A stretch of 25,291 nucleotides of DNA from Pseudomonadota bacterium (GTDB lineage Bacteria; Pseudomonadota; Alphaproteobacteria; Thalassobaculales; Thalassobaculaceae), in contig JAQBUJ010000001.1 in the NCBI GenBank assembly GCA_027623845.1, positions 1 through 25,291 of the forward strand, in the 5' to 3' direction. Positions within the stretch are counted from its first letter, which is position 1; the number at the start of each line of letters is the position of its first letter. The notes below the pieces were generated by a model. The model was not told where the DNA came from and did no database searches. It worked only from the letters and a program-made list of their open reading frames with translations. Shown here one piece after another: positions 7,639-16,914 of the stretch. Position numbers and translations under genes: made by a program.

Positions 7639-10081
7639 GCGTGCCCGCCTTTCCCTGGCTGGGATCGTTTGCAATATCGACCGTCGTACCGGCTTCCCGA
7701 TCGGTTTCGGCGGTGATCCGTTCGGTGATCATAGGAAATTCCAGGATCGCCATGGCGCCTCCACCATCACGGTCGAGTATCCGAATTTCACCGTCATGAT
7801 CTTCCATGATTTTTCTGACGATGGCGAGTCCCAGACCGGTCCCCTTGTCTCGGGTGGTCACGTAAGGTTCGGTCAATCGATGCCGGTCAACCACCGGCAA
7901 GCCACGGCCATTGTCGCAAATCATGATTAAGGCGTGATGTTGATCCGCCGTCACGCTGATCTCAATGGCGCCGGGGGCCGGATCATCCTGCTGCGCGCGC
8001 GACTCTATCGAATCGGCGGCGTTTTGCAGCAGGTTGGTTAACGCTTGGCGAACTTGGCGTGCGTCGCACAGCAGCGGGATATCTCGGTCCGGCAGAGTAA
8101 GCTCGAAATGGATCTCCGGATGCGCGGTATCCTGAAGCGCGGTCTGTTCGCGCAACAGCGTCGCCAGGTTGGCCTCCTGGAAGACCGCCGCCGGCATCCG
8201 GGCGAATTCCGAGAATGCATCGACCATGCGACCGATATCCTCGACCTGGCGAACGATGGTTTCAGTCAAAGCTTCGAAAGTGTCGGCGTCTTTGGTGATC
8301 TGGCCCAGATATTTGCGCTTCAAGCGCTCCGCCGAAAGCTGGATAGGCGTCAGCGGGTTTTTGATTTCGTGGGCGATGCGCCGCGCCACATCGGACCAGG
8401 CGGCCTTTCGCTGAGCCGATTGTAATTCCGAGATATCGTCAAAAGTCACGACGAAGCCGGTGATTTCCCCATCCGACATTTCAGCGGAAATGCGGCAAAG
8501 CAGGGTGATCCTGCGGTCACCGCGCGAAAGCTCAACCTGCCCCTCGGCGCGCCGGGACGGGCGTTTTCGCGCCTGATCGAGCAAGGCGCTCAACTCCGGC
8601 ACGATGTCCTCCAGGCGGCAATCGGCGAGGTCGGCAAGCGCGATATCAAGCAGGTGCGCCGCCGATCGGTTCGGCAGGTTTATCCGACCGCTGGCGTCCA
8701 AGCCGATGACCCCGGCTGAAACCCCGCCGAGCACCGCCTCGGTAAACCGCCGCCGGGTATCTTCCTGACGATGCGCATCGATCAGATCATTACGCTGGGC
8801 CGCCAGCTGCCGGGTCATTCGATTGAAGGCTCGGCTGAGCGTGCCAAGCTCGCTGAGTTCCCCCTCGCCGACCCGCGCACTCAAGTCCCCGGCGCTGACT
8901 TTCTCGGCCGCGCCGATCAGATCACTAACCGGTCCGGCCAGCCGCGTGGCCAGATTCAGCCCCACCCAAATCGCCGCGAACAGCAAAAGCAACGAGACCA
9001 CGGCGAAGATCAGCGCAAAAGTAATCTGAATATCGATGCGCCGGCCTTCCAACTCGCGATACTGCGCCACCGCCTGCTTGGTGCGATCGATATAGGCCAG
9101 GATTTCCGGCTCGACATAGCGTCCGAGATAAAGATAGGCGTCAACGAACCCCTCAAGGCGAACGATCGCCCTGATCCGATCGACGTCACTGGTAAGGGTC
9201 GCCACCTCGCCGGCTCTGGCGCGGCGGAAGGCGTCTTCGGGAAAGGGTTCAAAATCGAATGTGAGGCTGAGGCCGGCGCGGGCCAATACCTTGCCGGCGC
9301 CTTCGAAGACCACCACTTCACTCAGATTACGAATCGCCGCCTGGGCGCGCAGCACCTGGCCCAGACGTTGAGGCCGCGACAACAGGATGGCGGAATCCCG
9401 GTTCAAATCGCTGGCCATCGCCAAGGCGTCGCCGAGGATATTGCGGCGGTGCTCTTCCAAATAGGCCTCGGCGACCGCCTGCGAGCCCCGAACGGCGGTG
9501 CCAATACGCTCGCTGAACCAGGAGCGGATGCCGAAATCAAACAGCAGCACCGAGAAGACCGCGACAACGATGGTCGGGGTGACGGCAACGACGCTGAACA
9601 GCATCACCAAGCGGCCATGCAATTGCGAGCCGGCCAGGCCCTGACGGCGCTGCGACCAAAGATTGACCAGCCGGTGCGCCACCAACGCCACCAGCACCAA
9701 TAACAGCGACAGATTCAGATACAGCAGGCCGAGCACGACTTGTGGGTCCGGTCCCGCCGGCCCGGCATTGGCGAAGGTGGTATAGCTGCCGACGCCAGAG
9801 GCGATGGCCAGCAAGGTCAGGGCATAGGCCGCCTTACGCACCAGGCCGACCCGCTGAACCCAATCGCGCAACATTTGCCGCCGGTCGACGGGCGTCGGTG
9901 AATTTCCCGATGATTGGCTGTCCGAGGCGTCAATGCCGCCCGGAGCGTTATCACTCGGGGATAACTCACCTGGGGAAATTTCACCCGGGGATAACTCTTC
10001 CCTTGGCGCGGCGGCGTCGGGTGGCGGTCTTTCGGTGGCCATCCCCGCTTGGCCGGTCCCCGGTAGTACCGAGTCGGTCAT
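7628..10081 (-). CDS. ntrY: NtrY sensor histidine kinase (TM, HAMP, PAS, HisKA, HATPase)
   Basis: H-box RIAHEIKNPLTPIQL, NLLQNA, DNGRG, GTGLGL, HAMP after the second TM region. SD GGAG 5 nt before ATG 10081. Confidence 0.95.
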   Translation of the reverse strand: MTDSVLPGTGQAGMATERPPPDAAAPREELSPGEISPGELSPSDNAPGGIDASDSQSSGNSPTPVDRRQMLRDWVQRVGLVRKAAYALTLLAIASGVGSYTTFANAGPAGPDPQVVLGLLYLNLSLLLVLVALVAHRLVNLWSQRRQGLAGSQLHGRLVMLFSVVAVTPTIVVAVFSVLLFDFGIRSWFSERIGTAVRGSQAVAEAYLEEHRRNILGDALAMASDLNRDSAILLSRPQRLGQVLRAQAAIRNLSEVVVFEGAGKVLARAGLSLTFDFEPFPEDAFRRARAGEVATLTSDVDRIRAIVRLEGFVDAYLYLGRYVEPEILAYIDRTKQAVAQYRELEGRRIDIQITFALIFAVVSLLLLFAAIWVGLNLATRLAGPVSDLIGAAEKVSAGDLSARVGEGELSELGTLSRAFNRMTRQLAAQRNDLIDAHRQEDTRRRFTEAVLGGVSAGVIGLDASGRINLPNRSAAHLLDIALADLADCRLEDIVPELSALLDQARKRPSRRAEGQVELSRGDRRITLLCRISAEMSDGEITGFVVTFDDISELQSAQRKAAWSDVARRIAHEIKNPLTPIQLSAERLKRKYLGQITKDADTFEALTETIVRQVEDIGRMVDAFSEFARMPAAVFQEANLATLLREQTALQDTAHPEIHFELTLPDRDIPLLCDARQVRQALTNLLQNAADSIESRAQQDDPAPGAIEISVTADQHHALIMICDNGRGLPVVDRHRLTEPYVTTRDKGTGLGLAIVRKIMEDHDGEIRILDRDGGGAMAILEFPMITERITAETDREAGTTVDIANDPSQGKAGTHGE
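9951..9995. repeat. Three imperfect 15-bp tandem repeats in the ntrY 5' end
   Basis: TCACTCGGGGATAAC / TCACCTGGGGAAATT / TCACCCGGGGATAAC, encoding E-L-S-P-G / E-I-S-P-G / E-L-S-P-S. Confidence 0.8.
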
Positions 10082-10145
10082 ATCGTCTCCGGTCGGGTTC
10101 GCTGCGGCAGACCACTCTCCTTGTCTGATGCGTGCGCCCAGACCG

Positions 10146-11603
10146 TCACTTTAAGCCGCGCACCACCGGGATGTCCAACCCGCGGATCTTCTTGCGTAGG
10201 GTGTTTCGGTTCAGCCCAAGTAACGCCGCCGCACGCAATTGATTGCCGTTAGTCGCCTCAAGGGATTGGGCGATTAACGGCCGCTCGACCTCGCGAATGA
10301 TCCGCTCGTACAGGCCAGTGGCCGGCAATTCGTCCTCATGCGCCTCGAAATAGGCCCGCAGGTGGCGATCCACCGCGTCGGTCAAATTCTCTGATCGACC
10401 GCCTTCCTCGGGCGCCGGGCTTTCCGATTGCTCGATCAGTTCATGGGTGATGGCTTCGGCGCCGACGACCTCCTCGGCGTAAAGCGCCGCCAGACGCTTC
10501 ACCAGATTTTCAAGCTCCCGCACATTGCCGGGCCAGGAATGCGCCATCAGCACCTTCAACCCGGCCGCATCGATGCTTTTCGACGGCAGACCGAGATTGA
10601 CCGCCTGATGCTGGAAATGATGCACCAGATCGGGAATGTCCTCGCGGCGCTCGCGCAGCGCCGGCAGCCGGATCGGCACCACGTTCAGGCGATAGAACAG
10701 ATCTTCGCGAAACAAACCCTGGCGTATCAACTGGCGCAAATCGCGGTGCGTCGCGGCGATAATCCGGACATTCGCCTGGATCGGCGCCCGCCCACCCACC
10801 GAGGTGTACTCACCTTCCTGCAGAACCCTGAGCAAGCGGGTTTGCGCTTCCGGCGGCATATCGCCGATCTCATCGAGAAACAATGTGCCGTTCTGGGCTT
10901 GCTCGAACCGCCCGGTGGAGCGGGTGGCGGCACCGGTGAAAGCGCCTTTTTCGTGGCCAAACAGCTCGCTTTCAATCAACTCGCGCGGGATCGCCGCCAT
11001 GTTGATCGCCACGAACGGCCCGGTGGACCGTTTGCCATAGTCATGCAAGGCCCGGGCGATCAATTCCTTACCGGTCCCGGATTCGCCGGCGATCATCACC
11101 GTGAGATCGGTTCCCATCAACCGGGCCATGACCCGGTAAATTTCCTGCATCGGCGGCGAGCGACCGATCAGCGGCATCGCCTCATCGCCATCCGGCGGTT
11201 GCGCCGCGCCGGCTTCCAGCGCCATGTCCGACGCGCTCGACAGCGCCTTGCCGACGGATTCGGTCAATTTCGATAGATCGAACGGCTTGGCCAGATAGTC
11301 AAAAGCGCCGCGCTCGCTCGCCTGCACCGCCGTCAGCAAGGTATTACGGGCGCTCATCACAATGACCCGAAGCTCCGGGCGTAGGCGGCGGATTCGCGGC
11401 AGCAGATCCAGGCCGTTCTCATCCGGCATGACAACATCGGTGACCACGAGATCGCCGTCGCCGTTTTTGATCCAGGCCCAAAGGTTCGCCGCCGTTCCGG
11501 TCGAGCGGACCTCGTGACCAAGGCGGGTCAAGGCCTGGGTCAGCACGGTGCGGATCGCCGGATCATCATCGGCGATCAAAATGGTGGCCCGCCCGACGCT
11601 CAC
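10146..11603 (-). CDS. ntrC: Nitrogen regulation protein NR(I), sigma54 activator NtrC
   Basis: ILIADDD, VTDVVMP receiver; GESGTGKE; [15 protein letters not shown]; FLDEIGD; [24 protein letters not shown] start overlaps the ntrB stop (GTGA). Confidence 0.97.
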   Translation of the reverse strand: MSVGRATILIADDDPAIRTVLTQALTRLGHEVRSTGTAANLWAWIKNGDGDLVVTDVVMPDENGLDLLPRIRRLRPELRVIVMSARNTLLTAVQASERGAFDYLAKPFDLSKLTESVGKALSSASDMALEAGAAQPPDGDEAMPLIGRSPPMQEIYRVMARLMGTDLTVMIAGESGTGKELIARALHDYGKRSTGPFVAINMAAIPRELIESELFGHEKGAFTGAATRSTGRFEQAQNGTLFLDEIGDMPPEAQTRLLRVLQEGEYTSVGGRAPIQANVRIIAATHRDLRQLIRQGLFREDLFYRLNVVPIRLPALRERREDIPDLVHHFQHQAVNLGLPSKSIDAAGLKVLMAHSWPGNVRELENLVKRLAALYAEEVVGAEAITHELIEQSESPAPEEGGRSENLTDAVDRHLRAYFEAHEDELPATGLYERIIREVERPLIAQSLEATNGNQLRAAALLGLNRNTLRKKIRGLDIPVVRGLK

Positions 11604-12775
11604 CGTCCGGCTCCGACGGTGAAGCGGCGGATATGCGGCGCGGCGCTCGCCTCGGCCTCGCTGTCGGCGGTGGAGATCGGCAAGGTGACCCGAAAAATCG
11701 TCCGCCTCGGCTCAGAATCCAGTTCCACCACGCCCCCGTGATCGGCGACCGCCTTGGCGACGAAAGCAAGGCCGAGACCGGTTCCAGATGCCTTTGAGGT
11801 CACAAAAGGCTCAAACAGATTGGCCCGCAGATCCTCGGGAATGCCCACCCCATTGTCCTGGATTGAGACCAACAAAGGCAGATCCAAGCGATCGCCGGTG
11901 CCGCCAACCGCCAGCCGCATGCCGTGGCGATAGGCGGTCGACAATTGCACCTCGCCGCCGGTCGCCAACGGCAAGGCTTCACAGGCGTTCTTCAGCAGAT
12001 TGAGAAACAACTGGATCAAAATATCCCGGTTGCCCAGCGCTGCCGGCAATGACGGGTCATAACGTTCGACGAAGGTCACGTGGCGGCCAAACCCCGTCTC
12101 GGCGACGCGGCGGCAATGGTCGAGCACCTCGTGAATGTTGATCGCGGCTTTGCGAATGGGGCGCTCGTCGGCGAACACCTCCATGCGATCGACCAGCGCG
12201 ACGATGCGATCGGTCTCATTGCAGATGAGTTGGGTGAGATTTCTGTCGCCGCTGTCTATGGTCTGTTCCAGCAGTTGGGCGGCGCCGCGAATGCCCGATA
12301 ATGGGTTCTTCACCTCATGCGCCAGCATCGCCGCCATCGCCGAGACCGAGCGCGCGGCGCCGCGAAACTGCAATTGGTGATGCAAACGGCGCGCGATCGA
12401 GCGCTCGAACAGCGTGATCGCCAGGTCGCCAAGGCTTTCGGCAATCGGCGACACCTCGATATTCACCACCTTTACCCCAAGCCGAGGGCTCTCCAAAAGC
12501 AGGTCGTAATCGGCAAAGCTGCTGCCGGTGCTCCGGGCTTGCTCGATCATGCTGAACAGGGGGCTGTCGGCGGGTATCAGACCGGCGAGTTGTTGACCGA
12601 CCAGGACCGCGGCGCTGCCATCGAAGAAGGTTTCGGCGGCCGAGTTCAGGAATTTCACCGCGTTATTCGCCTCGATGGTCATCACCGGGTGCGGCAAAGC
12701 GTTGAGGATCGCTCCGTATTCCTGGGCTGTGCGCCGGTCTGGCGCCGTGCGCGTGATCGTTCCGCCGGTCATCAC
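11600..12775 (-). CDS. ntrB: Nitrogen regulation histidine kinase NtrB
   Basis: N-terminal PAS; H-box [19 protein letters not shown]; NLLKNA; DNGVG; GTGLGL. Start at GTG 12775 or ATG 12772. Confidence 0.95.
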   Translation of the reverse strand: MMTGGTITRTAPDRRTAQEYGAILNALPHPVMTIEANNAVKFLNSAAETFFDGSAAVLVGQQLAGLIPADSPLFSMIEQARSTGSSFADYDLLLESPRLGVKVVNIEVSPIAESLGDLAITLFERSIARRLHHQLQFRGAARSVSAMAAMLAHEVKNPLSGIRGAAQLLEQTIDSGDRNLTQLICNETDRIVALVDRMEVFADERPIRKAAINIHEVLDHCRRVAETGFGRHVTFVERYDPSLPAALGNRDILIQLFLNLLKNACEALPLATGGEVQLSTAYRHGMRLAVGGTGDRLDLPLLVSIQDNGVGIPEDLRANLFEPFVTSKASGTGLGLAFVAKAVADHGGVVELDSEPRRTIFRVTLPISTADSEAEASAAPHIRRFTVGAGR

Positions 12776-13761
12776 GCCGCCAGTCTTTCGCCGGCGCTAT
12801 CGTACAACGCAGCGATCGCATCGAAGACCTGGACAGGGTCAGCCGAGGTATTGATCGCTTGGCGAAACCGGGCCGAGTCCGGCAGCCCCTTGGTGTACCA
12901 GCCGATATGTTTGCGGGCGATGCGGGCGCCGACAGCCGCGCCATAGTGACTCAACATCGTGTCGACATGCTCAAGCAGGGTTTCGCGTTGCTCGGCCAAA
13001 CTCGGATCAGCGAGGCGAACCCCGTCGCGCAGATAGTTGACCACCTGATTGGGGAACCACGGCCGGCCATAGGCGCCGCGCCCGATCATCACCCCGTCGG
13101 CGCCAGAGACCCGCAGACACTCGGCTGCATCCTCGACCGTTTCGATGTCGCCATTGGCGATGACGGGAATGCCGACGGCTTGTTTCACCGTGCCAATGAA
13201 CCGCCAATCCGCCTGACCGGTATACATTTGGCAGCGGGTTCGGCCATGCACGGTAAGCATTTTTATCCCCGCGTCCTCGGCGATACGGGCCAAGGCCGGG
13301 GCGTTGCGGTTCTCGTCGTCCCAGCCGGTTCGCATCTTCAAGGTGACCGGCACCGACACTGCGTTGACCACCGCCTCGATGATCCGCCGGGCCAGGTCCT
13401 CTTCGCGCATCAGGGCTGATCCGGCGAGCTTGTTGACGACTTTCTTGGCCGGGCATCCCATGTTGATATCAATGATCGCCGCCCCGCGATCCTCGTTGAG
13501 ACGCGCCGCCTCGGCCATGTCCGCCGGGTCCCATCCGGCAAGCTGCACCGCCATCGGATATTCCTCGGCGCAGTCGCTCGCCAGCTTCTGGATCTCCTCG
13601 CGCACCGCCCGGATCATCGCCCCGCTGGCGATCATTTCGGAGACCACCAGGCCGACACCGCTACGCCGAACGAGCTTGCGAAACGGCTCATCTGTAACGC
13701 CCGACATCGGCGCCAGCAAAACCGGTGCGTCGAGCAGGACGGGTCCAACTTGAATGCCCAT
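12772..13761 (-). CDS. dusB: tRNA-dihydrouridine synthase DusB (NifR3)
   Basis: [20 protein letters not shown] (catalytic Cys), VHGRT, NGDI, GVMIGRG; nifR3-ntrB-ntrC order. Confidence 0.96.
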   Translation of the reverse strand: MGIQVGPVLLDAPVLLAPMSGVTDEPFRKLVRRSGVGLVVSEMIASGAMIRAVREEIQKLASDCAEEYPMAVQLAGWDPADMAEAARLNEDRGAAIIDINMGCPAKKVVNKLAGSALMREEDLARRIIEAVVNAVSVPVTLKMRTGWDDENRNAPALARIAEDAGIKMLTVHGRTRCQMYTGQADWRFIGTVKQAVGIPVIANGDIETVEDAAECLRVSGADGVMIGRGAYGRPWFPNQVVNYLRDGVRLADPSLAEQRETLLEHVDTMLSHYGAAVGARIARKHIGWYTKGLPDSARFRQAINTSADPVQVFDAIAALYDSAGERLAA

Positions 13762-13782
13762 TTTTTTAGCAGATTCCGATAG

Positions 13783-13799
13783 TGCCTATGAATTGTGCA
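13783..13799. promoter_or_regulatory. Probable NtrC-binding site upstream of dusB-ntrBC
   Basis: TGCCTA-tgaat-TGTGCA: 17 bp, TGC-N11-GCA geometry of the NtrC box (TGCACCA-N3-TGGTGCA), 21 bp upstream of the dusB ATG. Confidence 0.6.
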
Positions 13800-13837
13800 A
13801 AATACACGTGCCGACCCAAAAGACCAACGCTTATCTT

Positions 13838-14644
13838 CTAAACCGCCGCTTGCAAGACATCATGGACAAATTTCACCCCGGGATAGGCCAGGGTCAACAA
13901 CAGGTAGGCAAGCAAAACAATCCGCGCCGCCACCCGCCCGCGCATGCCAAAGCGGCGGTGCGCAACAAGCATACCGGCGATGGTGACAAACGCCGCGATG
14001 CTGAGGATCGATTTATGGTCGGCGACCAGTACTTGCCCGGTTTCCTGGATCTGCAAAGCCATGCCGCTGAGCAGCCCGGCCAACAGCACGATGATCGCCG
14101 CAATCAGCAGGCCGACCTGAAGCCGTTCAGCGTCCATGACCGCCGGCAACCGAGCCGTCATTGCGTTGACGGTTTTACGCTTCAAGGCGCGCTCACTCAG
14201 GAAAACCGACAGGCCGGCCACCGCCGCCAAGGTCACCAGCGCATAGGTGGCGATCGAACAGGCGACGTGGACGATCACCCAGGCCGGCGGCAGCGAGGCG
14301 GCCATCTCCCGCCCCTCGGTGGTCTGGAAAACCGTGGCCGCAAGTCCCAACACAAACAGATAGGGCAGCAGCAAAGGCGCCAGACGGACGGCGGTCCGAT
14401 TGATCAGACATACCACGAGGAAGCACAGCAGACTGGCGGAGATCGACAGCCACAGGGCGACAGAAAAATCCGCCCGCCAATGACCGGCCAATAAAACGAT
14501 AGACCACAGCGTCGGCCCGGCGGCGGCCAACCCCAACCACATCCAGCGCAGCATCAGGCCGCCTTCGCGCTCGCGAAAAGGCAGCACGGCGGCGGGAACC
14601 AGAGCCGTGAGAGCCGAAAGACTGAAGACCAAAGACAGCGCCAT
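13838..14644 (-). CDS. CcsA/YpjD-like (cytochrome c assembly family) inner membrane protein
   Basis: 268 aa, about 8 hydrophobic segments; [11 protein letters not shown] and DHKSILSI motifs; C-terminal [13 protein letters not shown] typical of YpjD-like proteins. Confidence 0.75.
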   Translation of the reverse strand: MALSLVFSLSALTALVPAAVLPFREREGGLMLRWMWLGLAAAGPTLWSIVLLAGHWRADFSVALWLSISASLLCFLVVCLINRTAVRLAPLLLPYLFVLGLAATVFQTTEGREMAASLPPAWVIVHVACSIATYALVTLAAVAGLSVFLSERALKRKTVNAMTARLPAVMDAERLQVGLLIAAIIVLLAGLLSGMALQIQETGQVLVADHKSILSIAAFVTIAGMLVAHRRFGMRGRVAARIVLLAYLLLTLAYPGVKFVHDVLQAAV

Positions 14645-14666
14645 GGCGCGACTATATCATGGCGCG
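14632..14666. promoter_or_regulatory. Overlapping divergent sigma70-type promoters between the CcsA-like gene and ispDF
   Basis: Minus strand: extended -10 TG-a-TATAGT (14659-14651) ending 6 nt before ATG 14644. Plus strand: AAGACA-N17-TATCAT (14632-14660). Confidence 0.5.
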
Positions 14667-14712
14667 GGCCAAGCACGTGAAGATGCGTGCGCCTGAAACG
14701 GGAAAAATGATC

Positions 14713-15885
14713 ATGCGGGATAGCGGCGGCGGTACCTGGGGCCTGGTGGTGGCGGCGGGACAGGGTGAACGGGCCGGCGGCGGGCTTCCCAAGCAGTATC
14801 GACGGCTGGCCGGAGAAGCCATCGTCGCCCGCGCCGCGGCGGCCTTGTTGCATCATCCGGGCATCGATGGAGTGGCCGTCGTCATCGCCCCCGGACAGGG
14901 CGATCTTTACCGCCAGGCCTGCGCCCATCTGCCGCTGCCGGACCCGGTCGAAGGCGGCGCGGCGCGACAGGAGTCGGTACGCCTTGGCCTTGAATCCCTG
15001 GCGCTGCGACGGCCGGAGCGGGTGCTGATCCACGACGCGGCGCGCCCGTTCCTGCCGGGCGCGGTGATCGATCGATTGCTTGAGACGCTTGATCACAGTC
15101 CGGCGGCGCTGCCGGTACTGCCGGTCGTCGATACCCTGAAACGAGTCGAGGCCGGAACGATATCGGCGACCGTCGATCGCACCGGGCTGGTCCGGGCGCA
15201 GACGCCGCAGGGGTTTCACTTCGCATCGATCCTGCAAGGGCATCGCGATCATGCTGGACAATCGCTCACCGATGACGCCGCGCTTGCTGAGCGCGCCGGG
15301 TTAACGGTGACCGCCGTCGCCGGGGATGAATCGTTGTTCAAGATCACCCGACCAGAAGATTTCGAACGGGCGGCGCGGCACTTGTCCTCGGGCTTCGAAA
15401 CCCGGACCGGCGCCGGCTTTGACGTGCACAGACTCGGCGCCGGCGACCATGTCATGCTTTGCGGCGTCGCGATTCCGCACGACCAGGGCCTGTTGGGCCA
15501 TTCTGACGCCGATGTCGCCTTGCATGCGCTGACCGACGCGTTGCTCGGGGCGATCGCGGCGGGGGATATTGGCGCGCATTTTCCGCCCAGCGAGGCGCAA
15601 TGGCGCGGGGCCGCCTCGGATCGCTTCCTCGCCCATGCCGCCGGTCTGCTGCGCGCCCAGGGCGGCGAGATCATCAACACCGACGTGACCTTGATCTGCG
15701 AGCGACCGAAGATCGGGCCGCACCGCCAGGCGATGCGGGCCAGGATCGCCGACATTCTCGAAATTTCCATCGATCGGGTGAGCGTCAAGGCGACAACGAC
15801 GGAACGCTTGGGTTTCACTGGCCGCGCCGAGGGGATCGCCGCCCAGGCCAGCGCCAGCGTCCGGGTGCCGATCGACCATGGCTGA
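14713..15885 (+). CDS. ispDF: Bifunctional IspD/IspF (MEP pathway)
   Basis: VVAAGQGER...[29 protein letters not shown] (IspD); [43 protein letters not shown] (IspF). Start at ATG 14713 or 14707; the ORF-track start 14659 is probably too early. Confidence 0.96.
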   Translation: MRDSGGGTWGLVVAAGQGERAGGGLPKQYRRLAGEAIVARAAAALLHHPGIDGVAVVIAPGQGDLYRQACAHLPLPDPVEGGAARQESVRLGLESLALRRPERVLIHDAARPFLPGAVIDRLLETLDHSPAALPVLPVVDTLKRVEAGTISATVDRTGLVRAQTPQGFHFASILQGHRDHAGQSLTDDAALAERAGLTVTAVAGDESLFKITRPEDFERAARHLSSGFETRTGAGFDVHRLGAGDHVMLCGVAIPHDQGLLGHSDADVALHALTDALLGAIAAGDIGAHFPPSEAQWRGAASDRFLAHAAGLLRAQGGEIINTDVTLICERPKIGPHRQAMRARIADILEISIDRVSVKATTTERLGFTGRAEGIAAQASASVRVPIDHG

Positions 15886-16363
15886 GCCCCGCCCCTCGCT
15901 GGCGAACCCGGCGGTATTGCTGGCCACGGTCTTTGGCATCGGCTGGTTGCCGAAGGCGCCGGGCACTTGGGGCTCGCTCGCGGCGCTGGCGATGGGCTGG
16001 TTCATTGTCGCCGAGGCCGGGCCGGCGGCATTGATGGTCGGCATCGTCCTGGTCTTCGGGATTGGGGTTTGGGCTTGCGCCGGATATGCCAAAGCGACAG
16101 GAACCCATGACGCCGGCGCCTGCGTCATCGACGAAGTGGTCGGACAGTGGATCGTGCTGTTAGTGGTGCCGCTTGACCTTTGGTTTTATGCCGCCGCCTT
16201 TGCCGCCTTTCGGTTCTTTGACATCATCAAGCCCTGGCCAACCGGATGGGCCGACCGCACGATCAGTGGCGGGCTCGGCGTCATGATCGACGATGTCCTG
16301 GCCGGCATTCAAGGCGCAGCCGTGGTTTGGATAGGGTTGAAGTTAATTCAATATATTGGATGA
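15878..16363 (+). CDS. pgpA: Phosphatidylglycerophosphatase A
   Basis: [50 protein letters not shown]. Confidence 0.94.
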   Translation: MAEPRPSLANPAVLLATVFGIGWLPKAPGTWGSLAALAMGWFIVAEAGPAALMVGIVLVFGIGVWACAGYAKATGTHDAGACVIDEVVGQWIVLLVVPLDLWFYAAAFAAFRFFDIIKPWPTGWADRTISGGLGVMIDDVLAGIQGAAVVWIGLKLIQYIG

Positions 16364-16388
16364 GAAAAATCTTTTAATGTATTGAATT
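16345..16388. other. AT-rich stem-loop spanning the pgpA stop
   Basis: Perfect 9-bp inverted repeat AATTCAATA (16345-16353) / TATTGAATT (16380-16388), extendable inward with G-U pairs. Confidence 0.55.
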
Positions 16389-16410
16389 TTATCTATAAAT
16401 GGAGATATTT

Positions 16411-16914
16411 GTGAGAAATTTTCCCGATGATTTATGCGACGCGGCCAGCGAACTGCTTGGGTTATGCCGCGAGGCTGGCGTGATGTTGGCGACGGCGGAA
16501 AGCTGCACCGGCGGCCTGATCGCCGGCTGCTTGACTGAGATCGCCGGGTCCTCCGCCGTGGTTGATCGGGGGTTCGTCACCTACTCCAATGAAGCGAAGA
16601 ACGAGATGCTCGGGGTGCCGATGCAGTTGGTCATCGAGCATGGCGCGGTCAGTGAGCCGGTCGCCCGGGCGATGGCCGAAGGCGCGCTTGAGCGTTCCCG
16701 CGCCGGCCTTACCATCGCCGTCACCGGCGTCGCCGGTCCCGGCGGCGGCACCGAGGCCAAGCCGGTTGGCCTGGTGCATTTCGGTTGCGCCTTATCGGGG
16801 GCCGGTACCGGGCACGCACGCCACGTTTTCGAGGGCGACCGCGCGGCGGTCCGGCTGGCGACGCTGCACGCCGCCTTGGCGATGTTGCGGGCGCGAATCA
16901 TCGCCAGCGCCTAA
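16411..16914 (+). CDS. cinA: CinA C-terminal domain protein (NMN deamidase PncC-like)
   Basis: ATAESCTGGLIA, GFVTYSNEAK, HGAVSEPVARAMAEG, TGVAGPGGG, KPVGLV. Start set to GTG 16411 with GGAG at 16401-16404; the ORF track starts at 16399. Confidence 0.92.
   Translation: MRNFPDDLCDAASELLGLCREAGVMLATAESCTGGLIAGCLTEIAGSSAVVDRGFVTYSNEAKNEMLGVPMQLVIEHGAVSEPVARAMAEGALERSRAGLTIAVTGVAGPGGGTEAKPVGLVHFGCALSGAGTGHARHVFEGDRAAVRLATLHAALAMLRARIIASA

Noticed and set aside
9951-9995. 15-bp and 18-bp repeats (also 23868-23903) as CRISPR or mobile-element repeats
   Set aside because: Directly tandem, in-frame coding repeats without spacers; no cas or transposase genes in the window.
13797-13814. Minus-strand CGGCACGTGTATTTTGC upstream of dusB, resembling a sigma54 promoter
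   Set aside because: Spacing is GG-N12-GC; sigma54 strictly needs N10.
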